From Macrostomum lignano (taxonomy: Eukaryota), in contig NIVC01001193.1 in NCBI GenBank assembly GCA_002269645.1, positions 1-64,000 of the forward strand: 64,000 nt of DNA, given 5' to 3'. The position numbers were made by a program, and so were the translations under genes. Positions 54,260 to 64,000 of the stretch are shown here, one piece after another. Positions within the stretch are counted from its first letter, which is position 1, and the number at the start of each line of letters is the position of its first letter. The notes under the pieces were generated by a model. That model saw nothing but the letters and a program-made list of their open reading frames with translations. It was not told the origin of the DNA and made no database searches.

Positions 54260-54880
54260 TCAGACCGAGCAGCTCTGGTCATAGCTGGGCGGCCGAGCCG
54301 CTGCCACAGCCGCTTCGTACGACGGCGGCGGCGTCACGTGATGATTCACTCCGTCAGAATGCGGACAGTCGCCGGGGCAAACTTCTGTCAATCTCAACTG
54401 CTGTTGTTGCAGTCGCTGCCGCCGGGCTGGTGGAGGCCTGCTGGCGCGCCACTGTCGCTGAGTTGATGCAGTCGATCTTTCCAGCGCAATCAGCGAGGCC
54501 AGGTTGGTGCAGCAGAGCAGCACGGAGAGGCAGGCGGTGACGCTGAGGCCAATCAGATCGAAGCCAACTGGCCGCAGGGACAGGCGGATGGCCAGCAGCG
54601 CCGACACGAACAGGCAGACGGTGCTGAATGCGACGCTGAGCCACAGCTTGGTTGACTGACAGACGGACAGCAGAGGCGAGGCCGCCAGCAGGCCGACACA
54701 GCCGGCCGCGGCCAGCAGCATTCGTTGGCCAAGCTCGGATCTGGCCGCCGCTGGTGCCACTGCGCCGCCGCTCGAGTTGGAGGCGTGGCGAATGGCGCTG
54801 ACAGCAATTTGAAGTGCACCGGCTAGGATCAGCAGGCTGCTGAACACCAGGGACAGGACGAGCAGAGCTCGGGACAGCAT
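54260..54880 (-). CDS. Single-exon 206-aa four-pass membrane protein with two C-terminal PPSY (PY) motifs
   Basis: Four hydrophobic segments (LLVLSLVF..., MLLAAAGCVGLL..., LWLSVAFSTVCLF..., LIGLSVTACLSVLL...) followed by PPPSYEAA and RPPSYDQ. Confidence 0.75.
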   Translation of the reverse strand: MLSRALLVLSLVFSSLLILAGALQIAVSAIRHASNSSGGAVAPAAARSELGQRMLLAAAGCVGLLAASPLLSVCQSTKLWLSVAFSTVCLFVSALLAIRLSLRPVGFDLIGLSVTACLSVLLCCTNLASLIALERSTASTQRQWRASRPPPARRQRLQQQQLRLTEVCPGDCPHSDGVNHHVTPPPSYEAAVAAARPPSYDQSCSV

Positions 54881-55081
54881 GCCGGTTTGAGTTGCCGCCC
54901 CTCTCAGATGCTAATAATAATAACACGAGTTTATTCTGTGATAACATGGAATTTTCCACTGTAGATCCCCGTTTGGGCCATAGACAGTGAAAAGCAAGTC
55001 TTCAATAGATTGATTATTCCAACTGGGAATTGAACTGCTTGATCTCAGGCTCAATTGAAGCCTGTAGTATACTAAATTAAT

Positions 55082-55940
55082 CCCTTCTCCCTTCTCCCTT
55101 TTCCCTTCCCCCTTCTCCCTTCTCCCTTCTCCTTTCTCCCTTCCCCCTTCTCCCTTCTCCCTTCTCCCTTCCCCCTTTTCCCTTCCCCCTTCTCCCTTCT
55201 CCCTTCTCCTTTCTCCCTTCTCCCTTCTCCTTTCCCCCTTCTCCCTTCTCCCTTTTCCCTCTCCCCTTCTCCCTTCTCCCTTCTCCTTTCTCCCTTCTCT
55301 CTTCTCCCTTTTCTCTTCTCCCTTCCCCCTTCCCCCTTCTCCCTTCTCCCTTCTCCCTTCCCCCTTCTCCCTCTCCCCTTCTCCCTTCTCCCTTCTCCCT
55401 ACTCCCTTCTCCCTTCTCCTTTCTCCCTTCTCCCTTTTCCCTTTTCCCTTCCCCCTTCTCCCTTCTCCCTTCTCCCTTCTCCTTTCTCCCTTCTCCCTTT
55501 TCCCTTTTCCCTCCCCCCTTCTCCCTTCTCCCTTCTCCCTTCCCCCTTCTCCCTTCCCCTTCTCCCTCTCCCCTTCTCCCTTCTCCCTTCTCCTTTCTCC
55601 CTTCTCCTTTCTCCCTTCGCCCTTTTCCCTTCTCCCTTCCCCTTCTCCCTCTCCCCTTCTCCCTTCTCCCTTCTCCTTTCTCCCTTCTCCTTTCTCCCTT
55701 CGCCCTTTTCCCTTCTCCCTTCCCCCTTCTCCCTTTTCCCTCCCCCTTCTCCCTTCTCCCTTCTCCTTTCTCCCTTCCCCCTTCTCCCTTCTCCCTTCTC
55801 CCTTCCCCCTTCTCCCTCTCCCCTTCTCCCTTCTCCCTTCTTCCTTCTCACTTCTCCTTTCTTTCTTTTCACTTTTCCATTCTCCCTTCTCTCTTCTCCC
55901 TTTCCCTTCTTCCTTCTCCCTTCTCCCTTCTCTCTTCTCC
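55082..55940. repeat. About 7-bp pyrimidine array (cttctcc)
   Basis: Direct inspection. Confidence 0.93.
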
Positions 55941-56124
55941 ACCTACCCTTCTCAATATTCCTAATCGAAGTCAGATAACCAGAAAATGTGTATTTTCACA
56001 AATAACAACTGCAATGTAGGTTACATTTTTCATTATATTATTTAAGTGCACGAATTTGATTTTCAAAACTTTTAAGCTACTCACATCAATATTTGACATA
56101 ATTGGAGCCATAGTTGGAGATTAG

Positions 56125-56250
56125 GTTCTGGGACAGGGTTCTGGGACAGGGTTCTGGGCCAGGGTTCTGGGACAGGGTTCTGGGACAGGGTTCTGGGACA
56201 GGGTTCTGGGACAGGGTTCTTGGAAAGGGTTCTGGGACAGGGTTCTGGGA
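56125..56250. repeat. 13-bp array (gggttctgggaca)
   Basis: About 9 units. Confidence 0.9.
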
Positions 56251-56538
56251 CATTTTATGTAGTGAAACGACACCTTAATGTTTAATTCCACCAGTCAGTC
56301 AGATGTTGGTTCTGTGTTCAAAAAAGCAAAAAAAAATCAATCCAATAAGTGACTTATGGTACATTTTCATGTTTTGTACATATAAGTGACTTTTTTCACC
56401 TTTTTAGTGTGCAAAGAAAGCAAAAATAAAATAAAGCTTGTCCGACTCGAAACATCCTACTGATAAGCTCCTCTAACAGTAGTGCAATATTAGCTAAATG
56501 TTAAATTAGATTTTTATGCGCAATTTAGCATGCTGGGC

Positions 56539-59500
56539 CTAGCAGTTGCTGTCGCTGCTCTCGCTGTCCCACCGACTGTGGGCGCCGAACTTTCCAATTG
56601 CGCCTGCAGCCTCGCCCATGCCGCCGCCACCGCCGCCGCCGTTGGGCAGGTGGACCTTCATGTGCCGGTTGAGGTTGCCGCTCTGTGAGAACCGCAGCAG
56701 GCACAGCTGGCATTGGTAGGGCTTTTCGCCGCTGTGAACCCGCAGGTGCTTGGTCAGGGTGCTGCTGTCTGAGAAGGCCTTGCCGCACAGCGGACAGGCG
56801 TAGGGCCGTTCGCCGCTGTGCGTCCTCATGTGAGTTGTGACTGACGAGCTCTGTGAGAAGCGCCGGTCGCAGATGCCACAGCGAAACGGTTTTTCTCCCG
56901 AATGGGTGCGCAGGTGGGCGGTGAGGTTGGCGGCCTGTGCGGGGTTTTTGGTGGAAAGTTTATGCATGCATTTAAGCTACTTTCAGTTAAGTAGTAGAAT
57001 TGCATAAAAATGCAATATTAATATAGTAAGTTGACAATTTTATAATCTCAATGGACGCTTTCCTGTCTATGGCTAAAAGTAAGGAACTGAGTCAAAACTC
57101 AAGCAAACTAGGCAAGACTAAATTATTTCTTAGAATCCTTACTATTGAACCGGCTGGAAAGGATAAGGACGAAAAAAGAAACTTTATTTAATAGTTGAGA
57201 ACTGCCGTTTGGCAGCAGTAGATTCGGTCTTGCCCATAGACATAGACGGAAAAAGGCAAGCAGGTTTGGTCATAGACAGCGGCACAATAAAAAAGGATGC
57301 CAGTAGCTGCCAACCTCTCGCGTAGAAATCATCGACTTCCATGCAGTAGAGATCATGGAAGCTGGGGTTGGCAAACCATTAATCTTGACTGCGGGCCAGA
57401 GGAGGGAAGAGAGGAGATGGAATAGAAAAGAGAGGAGAGGAGAGAAGATAAGGGGGGAGGAGGAAAGGGGGAGAAAAGGAGAGAAGAGAGAAGAGAGGAG
57501 AGAGGAGAGGATAGGAGAAGAGAGGAGAGGAGAGGAGAGGAGAGGAGAGGAAAAGGGAGGAGACGAGAGGAGAGGAGAGGAGAGAAGAGAAGAGAGAAGA
57601 GAAGAGAGAGGAGAGGAGAGGAGAGGAGAGGAGAGGACAGGAGAGTAGAGGAGAGGAGAGGAGAGGAGAGGAGAGGACAGGAGAGGAGAGGAGAAGAGAG
57701 GAGAGGAGAGGACAGGAGAGGAGAGGAGAGGAGATGAGATGAGAGGAGAGGAGAGGAGAGGAGAGGAGAGGAAAAGGGAGAAGACGAGAGGAGAGGAGAG
57801 AAGAGAAGAGAGAAGAGAGGAGAGAGGAGAGGAGAGGAGAGGAGAGGAGAGGAGAGGAGAGGAGAGGAGAGGAGAGGAGAGGACAGGAGAGTAGAGGAGA
57901 GGAGAGGAGAGGAGAGGAGAGAACAGGAGAGGAGAGGAGAAGAGAGGAGAGGAGAGGACAGGAGATGAGAGGAGAGGAGATGAGATGAGAGGAGAGGAGA
58001 GGAGAGGAGAGGAGAGGAGAGGAGAGGAGAGGAGAGGAGAGGAGAGGAGAGGACAGGAGAGGAGAGGAGAGGAGAGGAGAGGACAGGAGAGGAGAGGAGA
58101 AGAGAGGAGAGGAGAGGAGAGGACAGGAGAGGAGAGGAGATGAGATGAGATGAGAGGAGAGGAGAGGAGAGGAGAGGAGAGGAAAGGAAAGGAGAGGAGA
58201 GGAGGGAAGAGGAGAGGAGATTAGAGACTCCTGGTCTAAAGGCAATAAAAGCAATCCTATACATTCCTACCTAGATACAAAGCAGGATTTAACAAAGTTT
58301 CAAAGTTTCAAATTTTCCTCACCTGCGAGAAAGTTTTGTCGCAAACGTGACAGCGGAACGGCCGCTCTCCGCTGTGCGTTCTCATGTGTGTCTTGAGCGT
58401 TGAGCTTCGCGCATAGGCCTTGCCGCACACCGGACACACGTTCAGCTTCTCGGACTCCGCCTCTGCACCGCTGCTGCCGCCGCCGCTGCCACCGCCGCCG
58501 CCGCCTCCGCTGGTGGCGCCTGGGAGCTCATGGAAGCTGTTCAGCATTCCTGAGCTGCCGACGCCGCCGCCGAGGGCACCTCCTCCGCCGCTACCATCGA
58601 GGCCGTAGCCGCCGCAGTAGCCGACAAAGTTGAACGCTGACGGCTGCGGCTGCTGATGCGGCATCGCGGAAGCGGCTGCGCCGCTGCCACCAACTATTCC
58701 CGCGCCTCCTCCCAGGTAGTCATGGTAGCCGCCTCCGCCACTGTGGTGGTGATGGTGATGGTGATGGTGGTGGCTGTGCCTTGCGGTGGCTGCCGCTGCC
58801 GCCGCCGCAGCAGCAGCCGCAGCCGCCGCAGCCGCCTGTGACGAACTAGGTTGATGCGATTGCTGTTGTTGTTGCTGCTGCAAGTGCGGCTGATTGCTGG
58901 GTGCAAGAGGCTGCTGGTGCTGCAGTTGCTGCAGACTTGAATGTTGCTGCGGCGAATTGATCGCCTGCAACTGGTATTGATGCGGCTGCTGCGGCTGCGG
59001 CTGCGGCTGCTGTCCCAGATGGTGCTCGGACTCCGGGCACAGTCCCGCAGCGGCAGCGGCGGCGGCAGCAGCGGCAGCAGCGGCTGTGGCCGTATCCTCA
59101 TACGAGTAATACTCGTAGGAGTGCCAGGCCTGACCGCTTCCGCCGCCGCCGCCGTCGCCGCCAGCAGCGTAGCGCAGACTCGGCTGAGGCGGATGCTGCA
59201 TCGCTTCGTGCCTCGCTGCGACACTGCCGCCGACTCCGCTGCTGCCGCTGGCAACTGCTGAGCCACCGCCGTGGCAGGTAATGGCCGCGGTGGCTGCTAA
59301 GCCCAGGTTCATGTTCATGTTCAAGTTGATGTTCATCGCCGCCGGATAGAACCCGCCACCGCCGCTGCCGCCGCCAGGGCCACCGCCAGCGCTGCCGCCA
59401 CCGTAGTCGTGATAGGCGGTTGAAGACATGAGCGTCAGGTCGTGGTCGGCGTGGAATAGCGAAGCAGTCAGCTCGTGCGGGTGATGGCCCGGATGGGGAT

Positions 59501-60574
59501 GATGATGGTGTAGGCTTGGCTGATGAAGCTGCTGCTGCTGCTGATGCTGGTGCAGGTGATGCTGGGCGAGTCCGAAGTCTGACGACTTCTCTCGTCTGCG
59601 CAGGTCAACAGCAGGCGGCTGGAATGCCGTCTGCGGCCTGCAGGTTCGAAAAAGGCGAATTCCTAGTTTCCAAGCTGGAAACTTCCCAAACTGGAAACTC
59701 CATAGACTGGAAACTTCCCAAACTGGAAACCTCCTAAACTGGAAACTTCCTAAACTGGCAGCCTCCTAGACTGGAAACCTCCTAAACTGGAAGCCTCCTA
59801 AACTGGCAGCCTCCTAAACTGGAAGCCTCCTAAACTGGCAGCCTCCTAAACTGGAAACCTTCTAAACTGGAAGCCTCCTAAACTGGCAGCCTCCTAAACT
59901 GGAAACCTTCTAAACTGGAAACTTCCTAAACTGGAAACCTCCTAAAATGGAAGCCTCCTAAACTGGAAACTTCATAGACTGGAAACTTCATAGACTGGAA
60001 ACTTCATAGACTGGAAACTTCCCAAACTGGAAACTTCCCAAATTGGAAACTTCAGACTGACTTCAGTCTGTCGGCATCAACTGGAGTTCTAGTTGATCAG
60101 CAGTTCGACAAAATTAGAATTTTTTTCTCACCGATAACCTGGCGAAGCTGCAGCCATGGCGCTGTAAAAAGGAGTCTGCTGGTGCAGGTACTGCGCCGAC
60201 TGTTGCTGCTGCAGCAGCACCTGATGCTGCTCGTGATCATTCGCTGTCTGCGGCGTCAGCGGAGATCGAGGCGACGGTGAAGACGACGGAGGCGGCGGCG
60301 GCTGATGCTGAGGGAGTCTGCAAGCGGCGCCGTTAGCCGTTGGCTGATGATGGTGCTGATGATGGTGCTGCTGCTGATGCTGGGCAAAATGCCCGGTTGC
60401 TGTGGCCGCCGCTGCGGCTGCCGCGGCTACGGCGGTTGCTGCAACCGCAGCCACTGCCGATGTGGCGGCGGTGGCTGCCGTGCTGTGCTGCCCGACGCCT
60501 CTCCCGACGCTTCCGTTTCCTCCGCTGACGCCGCCGCCGCCCCGCTTGAACGCCGCATCGAAGCAGCACTCCAT
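56539..60574 (-). CDS. gl: Glass C2H2 zinc-finger transcription factor (5 fingers)
   Basis: Exons 60132-60574, 58323-59637, 56539-56934, in phase. Fingers [17 protein letters not shown]|[52 protein letters not shown] match the recalled Drosophila Glass array almost exactly. Confidence 0.95.
57410..58222. repeat. (GAGGA)n pentamer array in glass intron 2
   Basis: Direct inspection. Confidence 0.93.
59670..60052. repeat. 16-bp minisatellite (ctggaaacctcctaaa) in glass intron 1
   Basis: About 24 units. Confidence 0.93.
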
Positions 60575-61964
60575 CTTCAGCTGCGGATTGATAAGAAATG
60601 GAAACTGATGTCGATGGATTTGGCTGCAGCTCTCTGGGCCTCTCGAGGTGAGTTTTCAACGAAGCGCGGAGGCTGAGGAGGATGATGAGGCGGCGAATGA
60701 TTTCGAGTCGAATGAACTAGAGAGAGAGAGAGTTGATGAGGCGAGGGGTGGGGGCTGATGAAGCCTCTCAAAGTGAAAATGGATAGATGAAAAATTAGTA
60801 ATAAAAACTGATGTCAAAAAAGCATTTGCTTCTTTTTTCAATTTCTTTGCTGCTTTCCAGCGCCTCCCCGCTGCCTCAGTTAGAGGGATTCCCTCACCGA
60901 ATAGCCGCCCGCTGCCGGCCTGTGCATCCGCGTTCGAAAGCTGAGCTTGAGTTCGCTGCTCGTTGCCACTCACTCCGGCGGGGGGTCTCGGGTTTTGGAA
61001 CCAAATTAAAAAGGTTTTTATATATGCTAATATCCTGTAGGTATGGGCAGAGATACACGCCTGTCGAGCAGTAAATAAATTGGTTAATTTTTTGAAGAGT
61101 TAAAAGCAATCGTTGCGGCCCTTTATGGGCCTGCAGCCTCGCGAAGGTAAAAAGGGCCACAGAATTTGGCGGGCTTCATCCTGGGGCTCCTCCTTCGAGC
61201 TCCCCTTTCACCCCCACCCCCCACCACCTGATGGAGGCCGCGCCTACCCGACCGAATGTGCCAAAACTGGGATTGGGCGTGGGCACTCCGAGCCGGGATG
61301 AAGCTCCACAAGTGCCTCTCCTCTCCGCCTCAGCCTCCCCTCCCCAGGCCTCGAGCGCTCCGCCATTGGTTGGCCGCCACCCGCCCTTAGTAGGTCTTCC
61401 CAAAATTTTCCCCCCGAATCGAGCAAAAATCTCACAGGGAGAAATTGTTTCTTTGTTTCTCAGTTCAGCGAGCGCCCGGTCTCCTTCATCAGGGTCTCTC
61501 CTGTTCGTGGCTGTTTCGCCATCCCTCTCGGGTCGAAGCAGTCATGCGCGATTGCCCGCCTACCGTATTTTTGGGATCGGGGATTATCTTCCCCGTTCAA
61601 CTGCAGAGAGAGAGAGGGGATTAACTTGCTTAAAGTGACTTTTTGAGGTTGTTGGTCCTCTTGCAGCTGTCGTGTGTGACCTTCGGTTCTTCATGCCCCG
61701 GGCTAATTTAGCGTGAAATTTGCGGAATAAATACAGTTTCAATGACAGATTTGGGTGCAACAGGTGCGGTTTAGTGAAGTTTCTTATGCAATCGAATTTG
61801 TTAATTTTTTGTGATGAAGTGTTTAATAATTGCATCAGACGGCCCTTTATTGTTCGTTTGATAAATTGTGTTCCAGACATTGCTTTAAGCAAGTCGTTTT
61901 TTATGGAAATATAAAAGATTGAGTAGGGATGGACAGAAAGGAATATACTAAATTGACTGCTACA

Positions 61965-63035
61965 GAGGGTTAGAGTAGACAGAAGCAGTAGACAGATAGA
62001 ATAGAGTGAAAAAAAGTCGATAGATGATAGACCATAGAGTAGAATAGAGTGGATAGATGATAGACCATAGAGTAGAATAGAGTGGATGGATGATAGACCA
62101 TAGAGTAGAATAGAGTGGATAGATGCTAGACCATAGAGTAGAATAGAGTGAACAGATGATAGACCATAGAGTAGAATAGAGTGGACAGATGATAGACCAT
62201 AGAGTAGAATAGAGTGGACAGATGATAGACCATAGAGTAGAATAGAGTGGACAGATAATAGACCATAGAGTAGAATAGAGTGAATATATGATATACCATA
62301 GAGTAGAATAGAGTGGATGGATGATATACCATAGAGTAGAATAGAGTGGATAGATGATAGACCATAGAGTAGAATAGAGTGGATGGATTATAGACCATAG
62401 AGTAGAATAGAGTGGACAGATGATAGACCATAGAGTAGAATAGAGTGGACAGATGATAGACCATAGAGTAGAATAGAGTGGACAGATAATAGACCATGGA
62501 GTAGAATAGAGTGAATATATGATATACCATAGAGTAGAATAGAGTGGATGGATGATATACCATAGAGTAGAATAGAGTGGATAGATGATAGACCATAGAG
62601 TAGAATAGAGTGGATGGATGCTATACCATAGAGTAGAATAGAGTGGATAGATGATAGACCATAGAGTAGAATAGAGTGGATGGATTATAGACCATAGAGT
62701 AGAATAGAGTGGATGGATTATAGACCATAGAGTAGAATAGAGTGAATAGATGATAGGCCATAGAGTAGAATAGAGTGGATGGATTATAGACCATAGAGTA
62801 GAATAGAGTGAATAGATGATAGACCATAGAGTAGAATAGAGTGGATGGATTATAGACCATAGAGTAGAATAGAGTGGATGGATTATAGACCATAGAGTAG
62901 AATAGAGTGGATAGATGATAGACCATAGAGTAGAATAGAGTGGATGGATTATAGACCATAGAGTAGAATAGAGTGGACAGATGATAGACCATAGAGTAGA
63001 ATAGAGTGGATAGATGATAGGCCATAGAGTAGAGC
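61965..63035. repeat. 33-bp minisatellite (gaccatagagtagaatagagtggatagatgata)
   Basis: About 32 units. Explains ORF 61960-63081. Confidence 0.95.
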
Positions 63036-63527
63036 AAGTAGGAGAATTTCGATTGCCTCCAGACGGCGAAAGCTTCAACAAGAACCTAGAAGGAGAAAAA
63101 GTATTTACAAAACAGACGGTCTCATGTTGTCAACAGCAACCCCCCCCCTACTCATCAAAGCTCGTGAGACAAAAACAACTGACTATAGACTGTGACACCA
63201 GGTTGAAATTATCAGCTCAACAAGGTGCGGTCTCGATATTAATCTTGACAAAATTTATATATAACGCCGAGCATTGATTGGCGAGGTCATTTGACAGGTG
63301 AGATAAAAATCGTTGAGGGGACAGACAGGCTAACAAAGCCCATTCCGTGTTAGCTGCGGATACAGCTGTGTGCATCTGTTTGACTATTTCAATCAACCCT
63401 AGCTTGGCAACTAATCTTATATTCTACAAGGAGAGCCGGTGACAGAAGATTTCCGCAGATAAGTGCCTAAATAATGGTCGAATTTTGGCGACAAGTTTTT
63501 TATTTACTATGAATAACAGACACGAGA

Positions 63528-63958
63528 TAAAATCTCCTTCCATGAGAATCTCCTTCCATGAGAATCTCCTTCCATGAGAATCTCCTTCCATGAGAATCTC
63601 CTTCCATGAGAATCTCCTTCCATGAGAATCTCCTTCCATGAGAATCTCCTTCCATGAGAATCTCCTTCCATGAGAATCTCCTTCCATGAGAATCTCCTTC
63701 CATGAGAATCTCCTTCCATGAGAATCTCCTTCCATGAGAATCTCCTTCCATGAGAATCTCCTTCCATGAGAATCTCCTTCCATGAGAATCTCCTTCCATG
63801 AGAATCTCCTTCCATGAGAATCTCCTTCCATGAGAATCTCCTTCCATGAGAATCTCCTTCCATGAGAATCTCCTTCCATGAGAATCTCCTTCCATGAGAA
63901 TCTCCTTCCATGAGAATCTCCTTCCATGAGAATCTCCTTCCATGAGAATCTCCTTCCT
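63528..63958. repeat. Essentially perfect 16-bp array (tctccttccatgagaa), about 27 units
   Basis: Direct inspection. A 22-bp repeat begins at about 63958. Confidence 0.96.
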
Positions 63959-64000
63959 TCATCTAGAGACAGAGCTGGAGTCATCTAGAGACAGAGCTGG

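Noticed and set aside
53281-58264. Glu/Arg/Gly-rich and Ser/Leu/Pro-rich ORFs
   Set aside because: Products of purine/pyrimidine simple repeats.
61960-63984. 373-aa, 186-aa and related ORFs
   Set aside because: Translations of the 33-bp and 16-bp arrays.

Overview
Eukaryotic (metazoan) genomic DNA with GC-rich exons, GT-AG introns and very dense intronic tandem repeats (about 40% of the window by hand-summed array lengths). The style resembles a free-living flatworm such as Macrostomum; that is inference only. Spliced genes reconstructed by hand, all on the minus strand: a ceramide kinase/CERKL-family gene (5.4-10.6 kb), a 27-kb par-3/bazooka gene (16.4-43.8 kb), a stand-alone peptidyl-alpha-hydroxyglycine alpha-amidating lyase (PAL, 47.9-52.3 kb) and a glass zinc-finger orthologue (56.5-60.6 kb). 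There are also three single-exon ORFs of unknown function, a partial gene at the left edge, two MITE-like elements and a short 28S-rRNA-like fragment. Most notable observations: (1) the exon1/intron1 splice junction of par-3 is tandemly amplified dozens of times; (2) par-3 appears to lack PDZ1; (3) a diverged 28S fragment is centred on the R2 target site; (4) a clean MITE has a 6-bp target-site duplication; (5) the CERK-like protein seems to lack catalytic residues; (6) higher-order repeat structure occurs inside intronic minisatellites. No CRISPR array, tRNA or intact transposase was found. All family comparisons use reference sequences recalled from memory, not database searches.
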